Shown: positions 1-13,536 of the stretch, one piece after another | Numbering within the stretch: position 1 is the stretch's first letter | How the letters are laid out: each line of letters begins with the position of its first letter | DNA from: Octopus vulgaris | Taxonomy: Eukaryota | Assembly: GCA_951406725.2 (NCBI GenBank) | Contig: OX597816.1 | Span: forward strand, 128,154,001-128,218,000 | Direction: 5' to 3' | DNA length: 64,000 nt | Notes under the pieces: generated by a model | Told to the model about the DNA's origin: nothing | The model's database searches: none | The model's input: the letters and a program-made list of their open reading frames with translations, nothing else | Position numbers and translations under genes: made by a program

Positions 1-866
1 CAAATCAATTCTACAATGCTTTTCAATTTATTAAACTAAATGAATAAATAAAGTTGTCTAAATTCCCACAAAAACGTTTGGCTAATAGAACCTGACAGAG
101 TTACAGACAGTTTCAAATAATAATAATAGAAAGTCTATAGGTCTTAGTTAATGAAGTGACATTCACAGCAGTTAAAGGATAGGTTAAATCCCAGTAATTA
201 ACTAGGATTCCACTTGATTCCTTACGCAGGTATCTATAAGCAAATGGAAACTAAATGGTTATGAAATCATATGACTGAGTTGCTGTCTGGCCGACACCTT
301 AATATAATTCTTCCAAGAGATGACAGACTCACCTTATTTGAGAAATAAATTTCTGAAATGAAATGCATCCTGAATATCTACAATAAAATATGACTAGATT
401 TCAGAAAACTCAAATGTTTTACTTTCAGTGCAGTTGCTTGAGTTTGTGTTTGTGTGTTGTTTGTATGTGCATAAGATAATACTATTCTGAGGTCCAGTTT
501 CTGAAAAGGATTTCATTATAAACACATGTTATTTTGTTTAACATTATCATTATGACAGAAAACACTCATAGCCTGACCAACAACTGACCTTACAATTCAA
601 TACTGAAGTATTAACTCACCAAAAAACAGTGCATCAGTCAGTCAACGTTCTGCTCAGTCTTGACAGTCTATGGCTTTTCATCAAACACAAGAATGTTGCA
701 TATTGCTTTCTGTACATCAAATATCTTTTCCATGAATACTGAAAAACATTAGGATTTGTATTAATGAAAGCTGTTTTCTGATTAATACTGAAATTAGGAT
801 GAAATATTCTTCCAAATGATCTTATCTCAAATCACTCTTGCATCTAAAGCAACATTTATTAAAGTT

Positions 867-1001
867 TTGGGGTTCAGTTAACTGGCTATAACCTTTTTTT
901 TATAAAATGTGGTTTTTGTACATATGTAAGACAGTAATCATTGTTAAAGAATGTTAGTTTGATTGGGGACATATTTGCTATAATCTATTTCTATCACCAC
1001 C

Positions 1002-1053
<52 letters not shown>

Positions 1054-1211
1054 TTCTCTCAAAATTACACAGAATATTTTTCTTAGCAAATGAATTAGAT
1101 TCTTAAAATCTATGTAAAATAAGCCATTTTTTACAAGTGGGGCCAGATTTCAGAATTATGTATTTTTAAACAGTTTAAAAATGACCATAATTCCAGTTAA
1201 CTAACCTCAAA
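867..1211. mobile_element. old MITE-like element with degenerate terminal inverted repeats and an internal (CT)n
   Basis: TTGGGGTTCAGTTAACTGG (~867) is inverted relative to CCAGTTAACTAACCTCAA (~1196-1211); (CT)n at ~1002-1060. Confidence 0.35.
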
Positions 1212-2165
1212 TGTTGTGAAGCAATTTCTGTTGCTTAACCATTTTCCCAAATTTCTTTATTATTTTTTTTTTTTTTTGCATTCTAAATAATTCAGCTGCC
1301 AAAACATGATAAACAAAAATGCTTTTCTGAACATAAAATTTTGAACAGAAAATCTTCCTCAATGTAAAATTATTTAATATTGAAAAGACATAGTTCTGAG
1401 CAGTAACTAAACATTGAAAGAAGCAAAAAAAAAGAAAAAAAGCAAGTTAACAAGAAAAAGCAGCAAAAACTACTGCAGCAATATTTATAACAAATTTGAA
1501 ATGTATTTAACATTACTGTAGTTTCAGTGACATTACTAGTGGCAAATGTCACATATTTCATGACTTCTGTTACAGTTTTTCATCATAACAAATTGACAGC
1601 TTGGCCTAAACTTTAAATCTATTGAATTTTTTTTCCCTAAAGCAAAAGATACTACTTTGAAATAAAAAGTGAAACCAATATGGGGGGACAGTTAAAATTG
1701 AATTTTCTTTATTCTTCAATTTAACTCTGCTATAATATGATATTTGTGTAGTAAGACTAGCAGTTTTTATGATTTCTATCATTAAAAACCTTGGAAAATG
1801 TCTTTAGCATAGATGTACAATAAGATTGCAGAGTGCACATATGGCCAGGTCACATTATATTGCTTTACAGCTTAACTCTTGTAGAAAACCATGCAAGAAT
1901 AAATACCATTCCACTCAGGTGATTTGGTACAATCTTCAATGCTTTATGCACCTTCATGATGCAAACAAATCTTTAAAATTATAAAAATATACAAACAAAT
2001 AAAACATTTTGATATTTTAAGCCATTATATTTAAAATTTATGATTTAATTAGAATTGGCATAAATGAAGTTTGTTCTTCTAATTCTCTATTAGAGGTAAT
2101 GAATACAAAGGCATCGTTGATGATCGTCTGTTTAAATACCAATACATTTACATTTCTAATTAGTA

Positions 2166-3457
2166 GTGGGTTGGCAAATAAGTTCCCGCTGTTTTTTAAA
2201 ATTTTGGAATTTATTGCGTTTTTAAATTTTGGAATCTATTTTTTTCAAGAATTCTATTTTTGAATCATTTTGGAATCTATTTTGCTTTTTTCTAGTTAAT
2301 TTTAGGTAATTTTTATTTATTTTCAGATCATTAAAATGGAATGTCTAGTTAAGAAAAACGAGCATTTTTGACACCTCCTTTTTGTTTTTAACGAACGTTC
2401 TAAGGCCGCAAAATCTGCTCATGACATTTGTGCTGTGTATGGAGAGGATGCCATAGCTGAAAGAACTGCTCGTGATTAGTATGCCAAGTTCAAAAATGGA
2501 AATTTTTACCTCAAAGACACACCTCGTTCTGGCTGCCCAGTTGAGTTCAATGAAGAGCGATTAAACCAACTTTTGCATGAAAATTCTCATCAAATGACAA
2601 CAGAACTGGCAGAGAAAATGAAATGCTCCCACACTGCTATAGAAAAGCATCTTCACTTGATGGGAAAGGTTTAGAAGTATGGAGCATGGGACGCATGCTT
2701 TAAGTGACAGCAACAAAAATCAACAAGCCACAATCTCCACTTATTTGCTTGCTCATCACCACTCAACTCATAGACACAAGCAATGATTTCTTTACGAATT
2801 GTTACTGGCGATGAAAAATGGTGCCTGTATATCAATATGAAGCAGCGTAAGGAATGGCTTAGCCCCAGTAAACAAGCAACACCATTTGTGAAACAAGATC
2901 TTCATCCACCTAAAATGATATGTGGATGGTGGGACTGGGAAGGGATTATCCATTACGAATTGCTTGAATGGAACCAAATGGTCAATGCAGAACTCTATGT
3001 TCAACAGATGGAACGACTCAGCACGGCTATTCAAGAGAAAAGACCTAATCTTCAGCATGGAGTTCTTCTGCTGCACAACACCCACCCTTATATTGCCAAT
3101 ATGACCAAGGAAGCCATTCAAACACATGGCTGGGAAGTGCTGCCACACCCACCATACTCTCCTGATTTGGCACCAACAGATTTCCACTTCTTTCAATCTC
3201 TTTCAAATGCTATGCATGAAGTTTCATTCAATACTGATGCAGAATTGAGAGCTTAGTTGGATCAATTTTTCGAGTCGAAATTGGGTGATTTCTACCAACA
3301 AGGTATTGAAAATCTTGTTGAACGTTGGGAAGAAGTTGTAAACAAGGGTGAATACATTATTGATTACTTAGCTGTTATTTTTTATTAAACCTTTTAAAAA
3401 ATTTAAATTTTTAAAAATTTAAATTTTAAAAAATGGCAGGAACTTATGCCAACCCAT
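2166..3457 (+). mobile_element. full-length defective mariner transposon
   Basis: TA-flanked TIRs GTGGGTTGGCAAATAAGTTCC / GGAACTTATGCCAACCCAT; about 1.29 kb; transposase motifs IVTGDEKW, WWDWEG, HPPYSPDLAPTDF, with stops and frameshifts. Confidence 0.95.
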
Positions 3458-3859
3458 TACATCATAACTGGAAATACTTTTACTCACATTTAGTGAACTG
3501 ATTTCAGTTGTAATATTTGACGGATGCATGTTTTTTTTTAATCCTACTGCCGTTATGTTAAGAAATAGATATTGTGTAAATGTTGCCATTTCTGATTAAC
3601 CATCATAAAAATAATTTTGCCTGACCAGTTATTCCTTGCTTGACTGTTTAAATATACATATATATATATTCTGAGAAATGTGGAGAGATCAAGTTTGCTA
3701 CCAGACCATATGGGCCAAGCTGGATGTTACTGTGAGAAAACTTCAGTGTCTTTTACTGTAACATGAACTGACCAAAGCCTTATAAATAGAATTTTATAAA
3801 CACTGTATGTGTTTACGTGTGGGTGGAGTGCATGCACACATATGTACATATATTCATAA

Positions 3860-4162
3860 ACCCCAACAGCCATCTGTCACAAGTGAGTATGATTTGGGAC
3901 CAAGCTTTCACAAATTGCTTTAGGTGCTTAAGTAGTCATGAACCAACATAAATATCCAGAGTGTCTGTTCATGACCCAGCTGAAAGGCAAAAGTGTAACA
4001 AGAGGGAAAAGGAAAGGTGTGTATCAACACTTGGCTGGTTCTAATTTTAGCTAATGTGTCTGGAACAACATGCCTTATTTAAGAATACAATGTATCACCT
4101 GATCCTGGAATCGATCCAGCACCTTATGATCATGAGCCCAGCACTTTAACCATTAGGCCATG
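3860..4162 (-). mobile_element. degenerate tRNA-derived SINE (family C-like)
   Basis: Minus-strand A box TGGCCTAATGG and B-box-like GATCGATTCC; same layout as 16545-16820. Confidence 0.55.
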
Positions 4163-5414
4163 CATCGTAACATTTGTGTGTGCATGTATGTGTATCTTTG
4201 GTTAGGGTGTGTGTTTGCGTGTATCTAGTTTTATGTCTATATTTACATCAGTTAAAAGTGGAAACAGTGTTGTGTTCATGCTGTGTGCTACAACTTGATT
4301 ATTTGGTAAATAAGGAGCAATAGTTACAGACAAATAAGTACCACAAATGACATTGTGCTTTTTAATGCCAAATGTCTAAAAGAGATGCTTTCTTGAGATG
4401 AATACAACAATTTATCAGGATTTCAGTGATGTACACGATTTAAGTATGATACACAGATTGCTATTTTGAACTAATACTGCTTTTATCACTCAATGAATTT
4501 TAATCCAGCCTCTTGGCTAATTACAACAGTGATTTCTCAGTCACTGTCTTACTTTATTAGTAGTGGCCAATTTTGTCATAACATATGGTTACTAGTCGAT
4601 ACTTGCTAGAGACAAAGCCCAAAGATGGAGAAATATACATTCAGCAATGCTGCTAACAATTTTCATTTGCTAATGATATATTTCTGTGGGGGTTTTTTTA
4701 ACACTAAATATTTATAAGAGATGCTTTCTCAAGATGATACTGCAGTTTATCAGACTTTCAATGACATACATGTTTTAAGTGTAATACACTGATACACAGC
4801 TAGATTATGAAATATTTCTCCACCATACTTGCAATCCACTGACAGAAACTAGTAAAAGACTAAGAGGTGCACACACTGTTGCAGCAATTATGCTTTTAGG
4901 TGGATATGTACAGTTAACTACTCAACCATTAAAAAATGTAACTTGCTATCAACTAGACAGATCTTAACAATTATGCTGCTTTCTCAGAGAGAAAACACAA
5001 TTTCTTTATAAAAATTTTAATCCAAGGTCATGTAGTTAATAAGGAAACATGAGATAAAATTCAGAATAATACTAACTTCAGTAATTATTGTATTAATTAC
5101 ATGTGAAATTATTAACAGACACAATAAGTAACCTATATACACGATCATTTCATGGAGCGCTTGTTTTAAAAATTTTTTTCATCTGCATACCTTTCAAAAA
5201 ATTTTCTAAAAGCATCCACAACGATTTCAATATAACCAAACATCAAATTTACTTTTTAATCAATAAATCTTCCAATAAAGTTCAAATGTTATCAATGAAG
5301 TGGAGAAAAAATACAGAATAAAAAACATTGATGTTCACCTATAGTTTTATATGTACAATAAGAAATAGACATCATGCATAAACATGGATACAAACATTTA
5401 TATGTTTACCAACA

Positions 5415-5536
5415 TAAATTTGTACATATGTGTATATATATATATATGCATACATATATGTATGTATATATATATATATACATACATGCATAATATATGT
5501 ATGTATATATATATATACATGCATAATATATGTATG

Positions 5537-5585
<49 letters not shown>
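5415..5585. repeat. compound (TA)n/(TATG)n/(GA)n microsatellite
   Basis: Direct inspection; explains the YIYI/SLSL ORFs. Confidence 0.95.
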
Positions 5586-5586
<1 letters not shown>

Positions 5587-5803
5587 AAGACAGAAGTAGT
5601 AGTAATGCAGATAAACATGATTAGGCCTTAAATATATATATAAAATATATATAGGAATGTGTATAGATACAAAAACTAAATATATTCAGAAAAAAATTAC
5701 ATATGTACAAGCATATAGATATTTATACATATTGACAAATAAATTTACCTTAACATGGTGCAGAAAATGCAGAAAATTAAGGGAAGAGTGCATGGTGTTT
5801 TGA

Positions 5804-5949
5804 CTCAACAGCTGTTTCTGGGAGCTCAGAATTATGTAATAGTTGTAATGTTCATAATTAGATGGTGGAATGTGCAAAAGTCATGGACATGCAACCAATA
5901 GATGCCTGCTTAGAGACATTAGTGTAATGCTGGCTTCCTTCATCAAGAG
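5804..5949 (-). ncRNA. degenerate hammerhead-like motif with long stem II (PLE-type)
   Basis: Minus: CTC-TTGATGA-[~120 nt imperfect stem, AGGAAGC..GCTCCCA]-GAA-ACAGCTGT-T-GAG. Confidence 0.4.
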
Positions 5950-6401
5950 AAAGGTTGACAAATAGCTGTGCACATCAGGATGCAAGAGACTTAAAGGTTG
6001 AATGGAAGAAGAGGAAGAGAGAAATAAAATACAAGGAGATGGGAGATACTGGCGGCTTAGGGAGGGGGAATGGAGAAGGAGAGGAAGAGCAAGGAAAAGT
6101 AAGAAAGAAATGACATAAAAAACATTAATATCACAAAATAGTCTGCATAAACAATAAAAAAAGCTAACTTCAACTACACAAAAATTTAAAAGATACAATG
6201 CAGTCACTAAGTAACAACTGACAAAGGAACACACCCACATAGTGTACAGTGGTAAACTTTTAAAATTGCACCAAATTAAGAACATGCCCATTAGCTGGAA
6301 ACTGTATAAAAAGTTAAACAAGTTAGATAAAACTTTGTTGGTATACATTGGTGCTACCTTCAAAGACTAATACACACAACACACTCTTTCTGGAATATAT
6401 T

Positions 6402-6767
6402 ACTCTTTACTTGTTTCAGTCATTTGACTGAGGCCATGCTGGAGCACCCCCTTTAATCGAGCAACTCGACCCTGGGACTTATTCTATCGGTCTCTTTTGC
6501 CGAACCGCTAAGTAACGGGGACGTAAACACACCAGCACTGGTTGTCTAGCAATGCTAGGGGGACAAACACAGACACACAAACACACACACGCATATATAT
6601 ACATATATACGACGGGCTTCTTTCAGTTTCCGTCTACCAAATCCACTCACAAGGCTTTGGTCGGCCCGAGGCTATAGTAGAAGACACTTGCCCAAGATGC
6701 CACGCAGTGGGACTGAACCCGGAACCATGTGGTTGGTAAACAAGCTACTTACCACACAGCCACTCCT
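6402..6767 (-). mobile_element. tRNA-derived SINE family A
   Basis: Head GGAGTGGCTGTGTGG with B box GGTTCAGTCCC, internal TA/TG microsatellite, tail CAGTCAAATGACTGAAACAAGTAAA. Confidence 0.9.
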
Positions 6768-8062
6768 ATATATATAAAAAAAAATACCTTTTTAAGCACA
6801 TCTATCTCTATGTATGTACTTATCTTTAATGTTGGAACATGGTTGCTTCACGATAGTGGTGATATAGTTGCCAAATCTTATATCCATCCATTCCCTTGAC
6901 ATTCTGTTCATCCAACTCTCTTTCTGCCCTATTCGTCCATCAGTCAACCCATTCATCCATCCATCTATATATCAATAGAACGCTTTACATTATTTTCTTT
7001 TGTAGTAAGTTATTACACAGCTGAAATTTATGCAAGCAAAACTTTAAGACATAAAAAGCCACTGTCACAGATAATATAAACAACATGCTGAAATACTAAA
7101 TCCATACAGCTATGCAAAATTACCTTCACTTAAATTTAACTGATAAGTGAACAACTGAGTGCTTTATTTCTTGACAATGCTGGAGTAATACATACATACA
7201 TAAAATATACATATATATATATAAAGTATTCTTTATACAGTAAATTAACAGAACATTAGCAGTGGCTCAAATTTCATGACTGGAAGTAACTGCTTTCACT
7301 TGGATTCAATGCAGATTTTCCATCAGGTCTACATTCTTCAGGCTACAAAATTAATTGATATTGACATTTTTGCAGGCTGAAGAAGGCAAATGTAATGAAA
7401 AACATTTATATACTCAGAGCATTATCAAGCTATGAAACTTGAATCATTGCTAATATTCCATTAATTTACTATGTAAAAGCTACTTTGTGGCCTCATATGA
7501 AATGAATGCTTTCACTTGTTGAATTTTACCCGCATGATAATCATTACTGTCATCATCATTTTAAATTATGTTTTACATGCTAGAATGCATTGCACAGTTA
7601 AAGGGAATCTGAAGGTTGGTAGGGCCTCATCTTGCTTCAATGTTTCAGTTCTGGCATGGTTTCTATGACAGGAAGCCCTTCCTAACAGCAACCATATCAC
7701 AGAATGTAATGGGTGCAATTTTCCATAGCACTAGCACTATATAGCTTGTCTAGCAATAAGCGAGAGATTAAAGAGTCCTCTCAAACTCTGCATTGTCATT
7801 GCTCGATTACAGAGTGTATTGGATGCTTTTTATCATGACACCTGCATTTGAAGACCACAAATTGAAATAGTAGCAGTGAGAGTAACAGAAAGTACCTGTA
7901 TACATTATCAATGTCACATACTAATGTATGTGAGTTGTTAAACGCTTTTAGGCTGCAGCGATTTATCCAGGGAATTTCTCTTTAAGACAGAGTATTAAAA
8001 GAAACACAGTATAATCCAAAGCCAGATAAAATAAATCACCCTGGCAGTGAATGAGAACAGAT

Positions 8063-8415
8063 ATCATCATCATCATTTAACGTCCGTTTTCCATGCTAGC
8101 ATGGGTTGGACGGTTTAACTGGGGTCTGTGAAGCCGGAAGGCTTCATCAGGCCCAGTCAGATTTGGCAGTGTTTCTACGGCTGGATGCCCTTCCTAACGC
8201 CAACCACTCCGCGAGTGTAGTGGGTATTTTTTACGTGCCACCTGCACAGGTGCTAGACAGAGCTGGCAAACGGCCACAAACGGATGGTGCTTTTACGTGT
8301 CACTGGCACGGGGCCAGGCGATGCTGGCAACGGACACGAACGGATGGTGCTTTTACGTGCCACCGACACGGGGGCCAGACAGAGCTGGCAAACGGCCACG
8401 AATGGACGGTGCTTT
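8063..8415 (-). mobile_element. RTE-LINE 3' UTR fragment with (GAT)n tail
   Basis: Matches the 3' end of the RTE copy at 31310-32815; about 3 internal ~60-bp units. Confidence 0.85.
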
Positions 8416-8451
8416 TATTTCATAATCCTTTCTGCTCATAGGTGGCTCATA

Positions 8452-8784
8452 CAGTAATACCTCACTTTATGAGGTCCTGCTTTATGAGACTCTGAACTAA
8501 ATACAAAGGTTTCCACTACCATAACAAATGCATCTGATTGTTACCAAGAAATTTGCAGAGAGCAAAGACAAGCTTCTTCTAAACAAACAACTCTAGACTT
8601 GTTTTTTTAAAAGAAATCTACAAGTCTGTCTATGAGTGCTTGTGAATTGGTGATCACATCTACAAGTGATGGCTTGCACATGTCTTGTGTGAGTGAAAGT
8701 GGGAAATTATTGCTCTGCTTTATGAGTCTTCACTTTATGAGCAGTCTCCAGGAACAAATTAACTTGTATATCAATACATTGCTG
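8452..8784. mobile_element. pogo/Tigger-like MITE
   Basis: TA|CAGTAATACCTCA ... TCAATACATTGCTG|TA; subterminal CTTTATGAG repeats. Confidence 0.55.
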
Positions 8785-8786
8785 TA

Positions 8787-9148
8787 CTCAATTGACACTT
8801 GAAACAAATTTGAATTGCTGGCCTGAAATATATACAGATTGTGTAAAAATCTATCTTCTGATGTGCAAAGGTACCACACAAATGAAACAAATTCAAATTT
8901 TGTGTGAGAAGCAGCTCTAAAATGTGAATATTATCAATATTTATGGCACACATGAAAAGAAACAACTGAAATATCTACATTTAGGCGCAGGAGTGGCTGT
9001 GTGGTAAGTAGCTTTCTAACCAACCACATGGTTCCGGGTTCAGTCCCACTGCGTGGCATCTTGGACAAGTGTCTTCTACTATAGCCTAGGGTCGACCAAT
9101 GCCTTGTGAGTGGATTTGGTAGACAGAAACTGAAAGAAGCCTGTTGTA

Positions 9149-9199
<51 letters not shown>

Positions 9200-9707
9200 T
9201 TGTGTGTCTGTGTTTGTCCCCCTAGCATTGCTAGACAACCGATGCTGGTGTGTTTACGTCCCCGTCACTTAGCGGTTCAGCAAAAGAGACCGATAGAATA
9301 AGTACTGGGCTTACAAAGAATAAGTCCCAGGGTCGATTTGCTCGACTACAGGCGGTGCTCCAGCATGGCCGCAGTCAAATGACTGAAACAAGTAAAAAGA
9401 GAGAGAGAAAGAGTATCTGCCATTCTCATTTTCTTCTGGGGTGATTTGTTTCCCCTGGCATTGACAGTTTATACTCTACCTCTTTAACAGGACCTTCTCT
9501 GGATGGAACATCACAGCTACAAGCATTTAACAATGCACACATACGTTAAATATGTAGCGTTGTTATTGTTTACATTATAGAACTGCTTCTAACAAAATTT
9601 GAATTTTCTTTTACATGTGCAGCACTTTTGCTCATTAGAGGATAAAATTTACACCATCTGTATATACTTCAGACCAGCAATTTGAATTATTCCAAGGGTG
9701 AATTGAG
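8787..9707. mobile_element. TA-flanked non-autonomous element with ~150-bp diverged TIRs, interrupted by a SINE
   Basis: TA|CTCAATTGACACTTG.. is inverted to ..CAAGGGTGAATTGAG|TA; arms ~8787-8920 and ~9575-9707 align by eye. Confidence 0.7.
8984..9410 (+). mobile_element. tRNA-derived SINE family A, full length
   Basis: A/B boxes, internal (TA)n, canonical tail. Confidence 0.9.
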
Positions 9708-10182
9708 TATATAGCATTGATGAGCAGAAATAACTGCGAAATTTCAATGTCTGTTGTTCTTGTTCACTTCCAGACTGATTTGTTTACCCTGGATTTTGAT
9801 ATATTTGCACAGCAACTCTAAATTAATGTCTATGAACAGTAAGCTAGTAAATATTATCTTCACAGGTAGTTTCACTTTCTACATGGGCAATGATGGTAAT
9901 GATATGCAAAGGAGCAAAAACAGTGCCTGCTTCTGAATGCATTTTTTCACAAGTAGTTATAAGACAATGCAACTTTCTCTATAGAATGTATGAGGCAAAT
10001 CCTTCAGATGAGTTTTTACTGATGGTAGTGCACTGAGTTAGTCAGTTTAACCACTATTTACACAGTAAGGATAAATGTATATTTATTAAACATACACAAA
10101 TATATCTATTTACAACATATCTGCAAATATTTTGTGTGCGTATTTTAGTTGATTACCATTCATACATATATACAGACATACA

Positions 10183-10218
<36 letters not shown>

Positions 10219-10221
10219 GAA

Positions 10222-10265
<44 letters not shown>

Positions 10266-10396
10266 GCATATATATATAGTCTGTCATTATTCAGTTTTAT
10301 TTTAAGACTTCTTGCCTATAGAGAAAGAGTCGGTTTCTAAATCCAAGGCTCCTTCATTGGAATTTCAACAACATCAACAGGGTATTTTTGTATGTA

Positions 10397-11658
10397 CAGG
10401 GGTTGGACAAAATAATGGAAACACCTTAAAATTTCAAACAAATTGATTTTAATATTGGGTAGGACCACATTTGGCAGTAATTACAGCTTGAATTCTACAA
10501 GGTATGAACTTGTACAAAGTTTGAATTGTTTCCAAAGAAATTTTTGTCCATTCTTCAGCTAAAACAGTCTCCAGTTCTTGTAGTGATGATGGTGGAGGAT
10601 ATCAAATCCTTACTTGTTTTTCTAAAATGCACCATAAATGTCCAATAATATTGAAATCTGGGGACTGTGGTGTCCAAATAAGATGTTCAACTTCACTAGA
10701 ATGTTCCTCGTGCCATTCAGTAACAACTTTAGCTGTATGAATTGATGTATTATCATCCTGAAAGACTGCGTTTCCCTCCGGAAACAGTTCCGCAACCATA
10801 GAATGAATTTGATTGGATAAAATGCTTAAATAGTCTTGGCTATTAATTCTGCCATGAAGGGAAACCATTGGGCCAGCAGATTTCCAAGATATAACCCTCC
10901 AGATCGTCACAGACACTCCTCTATGTTCAACAGTTGGAAGAAGGCAGTTTGGGTCAAATGCTTCTTTTGGCAGACTCTGCATGTATACCCGGCCAGTAGT
11001 CAGAAATAAGGTAAAGGATGACTCATCCAAGAAAATAACATTCTTCCACTGCTCTAGGGACTAATTCTGTAGGTTTTTACTCTGCTCTAAACACTTTACA
11101 ACGTTTGTTTTTGAAAGTAGTGGTTTTCTGATTGCAGCCCTCCTGTGAAATCCAGCTCTGTACAGCTCCTGGTAAACAGTTTTTGTGGAAACTGGGTTCT
11201 CGAGGTGGTCATTAAGCTCTGCAGTAAGTTTGGGAGCTGTACTCTTGTGATCCTTTCTAACAATTCGTGTAAGAGTCGGACAGTCCTTATCTGAGAGTTC
11301 TGGTTTTCTTCTGGAGTTTTTTTTCGATGAGGAGGTTTTTCCCTCTTTCTCAAAGGCTGTCATTACTTTCAAGACAGTACTTCTTGATAAAGCAAATATT
11401 TCGGCAGTTTTCATTATGCTAGTGCCTGCCAAAAATTTGACCTCTTTGAAAGTCCAATAGATCTATCATTTTAATGAATTTTAATTACCTTTTTCTGATC
11501 ATATCTGAAGAGAAACAGCAATTTTAGCAAAACATATTAAGCAACACTAAAAATAAATCAAGAAGCATAAAAATAAACAAGCTTTTGATGGTTTTATAGA
11601 TATTTCAAACTTATGATGCTATGATGCTAGACGTTTCCATTGTTTTGTCCAACCCTTG
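10397..11658 (-). mobile_element. full-length defective Tc1-like transposon
   Basis: TA|CAGGGGTTGGACAAAATAATGGAAAC ... GTTTCCATTGTTTTGTCCAACCCTTG|TA; HTH ORF 11061-11432; DESSF, FQDDN, SPDFNIIG motifs with the catalytic E mutated. Confidence 0.95.
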
Positions 11659-11767
11659 TATGTACATGTCCAATATTTGGAGTCAATGTATGAGCAGATA
11701 TGTATTTTTTGTTTTATTTATGTATTCTCATGCATATACTTGCATATCTAGACATGCACATACACAC

Positions 11768-12290
11768 ATCATCATCATCATCATCGTTTAGCGTCCGCTT
11801 TCCATGCTAGCATGGGTTGGACGGGTCAACTGGGGTCTGTGAAGCTGGAAGGCTTCGTCAGGCCCAGTCAGATCTGGCAGTGTTTCTACAGCTGGATGCC
11901 CTTCCTAACGCCAACCACTCCGCGAGTGTAGTGGGTGTTTTTTACGTGCCACCTGCACAGGTGCCAGACAGAGCTGGCGAACGGCCACGAACGGATGGTG
12001 CTTTTACGTGTCACCGGCACGGGGCCAGGCGATGCTGGCAACGGACACGAACGGATGGTGCTTTTACGTGCCACTGACACGGGGCCAGACAGAGCTGGCA
12101 AACGGCCTCGAACGGACGGTGCTTTTACGTGTCACCGGCACGGGGGCCAGCCAAGGCTGGCAACGGACGCGAACGGATGGTGCTTTTACGTGCCACCGAC
12201 ACGGTTGCCAGTCAGAGCTGGCAAACGGCCACGAGCAGACGGTGCTTTTACATGTCACCAGCACGGGGGCCAGCCGAGGCTGGCAACGGA
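11768..12290 (-). mobile_element. RTE-LINE 3' UTR fragment with ~6 tandem units
   Basis: (CAT)n end, CCATGCTAGCATGG, ~60-bp tandem units. Confidence 0.85.
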
Positions 12291-13499
12291 TAAACTTCTG
12301 AAAGGTTTTATAGATTTTAGCAGATCCAGTGAAGGCCTGAATCTGTAGTATTTGAATCAGCTTTCTGGTTTTGAGAAGCCTAATTTCTCTAGATTGGTAC
12401 TTTGGCAGTGTGTTACATATACCAGAGACCCACAGGTATAAATTTGATCTTGTAATCTGGTAAGAGTAACTGTAGATTTCTCAATAGTTCAGTGTAGATA
12501 TTTTCTTTCTCACTGATCTTTAGCTTTATGTTAGCATCTGCTGGGCAGCTGATTTCCACAACTGTAAAAAGTTTCTCTTCTTTGTCCCAAATCACTATGC
12601 CTGGAAGGGAGAAGTCACAGAGATGTAAAAGTAAAAAATATCCCCAGTCAAGGATACTAGTTTTACCAGTTTCTCAAAAATAGGGGAAGTATCAGACTAA
12701 GATAGGTATGTGTAACACAGTTCCATGATTGAATAAATAATATAGTTATAAGTAAGGTCCATTACCAGTTTCAAATGAGACTGTTCAATGATAATCTATG
12801 GCAAAGAATAGTGGAAGTTACCAGTTCCATTTCTGCATAAGGTGACACAAAGTGAGATAAACCGAGATAGACCACAAAACATTGGATAATGAAGCAAACT
12901 TCATAATTATGCAGTCATTTACATAAAAGTACACACACATATACATATAAGTGTGTTTGTGTGTGTATGTGCATGCATATATATGCATGCATGTATATAT
13001 ATATATATAAATATATACATATATGTGTGTGTATATATGTATGTATGTATGTATATATAAATACATACATATGCATATAAATATGTATATGTATATGTTT
13101 ACATATATGTATATATATATATACACCTACACACATATATATATATATACGCATAATATTTACATGCACGCATGCATACATACATATATATAACATGAGT
13201 GCAACAAATCTGAGCATGTATTACTAAAACATTACTGGAATTTTCTAAACATATTTTCACATTTTTATTGATTTTTGAGTTGTATGCATAAACACAGTTG
13301 CTTTTGTTAATCAATAAACTGTAAGTATTGATCATTCGAAATTTCAAAAAAAAAAAAAAAAAGAGAGAGAGAGAGAGAAAGAAAGAAAGATAGTGAAAGA
13401 AAAGAGATCAAACGAAAAACATCTTGTGGTTTTTAATCAAAAACTTTTGGGTTAAAAGGTAACTAACTTTAACAGAATAACATGATGTAAATTACAAAA

Positions 13500-13536
<37 letters not shown>

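Larger units (their letters stand above)
10280..12603 (-). mobile_element. 3' portion of an R4/Dong-like RLE-type non-LTR retrotransposon, interrupted by Tc1 and an RTE tail
   Basis: ORF 12413-12595 PGIVIWDKEEKLFTVVEISCP..KISEK..Y.EL resembles the RLE PD-(D/E)xK domain; C-terminal LQIQAFTGSAKIYK at ~12300-12360; 3' UTR assignment down to ~10280 is inferred. Confidence 0.65.

Noticed and set aside
620-738. Minus segment with good splice-like borders
   Set aside because: Stops in all three frames; it could only be a terminal or UTR exon, which is unsupported
5881-6363. 160-aa hydrophobic ORF
   Set aside because: Low-complexity pyrimidine-rich strand with no domain; overlaps a repeat remnant
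8130-8155. Minus-strand CTGATGA-AGCC(TTCC)GGCT, also at ~11845-11862
   Set aside because: No following GAAA or stem III, and not conserved in other RTE tails
8984-9060. tRNA genes
   Set aside because: The A/B boxes belong to SINE heads; no complete cloverleaf
12660-12840. Two minus-strand GAAACTGGTA motifs
   Set aside because: No recognisable 5' core or stem I
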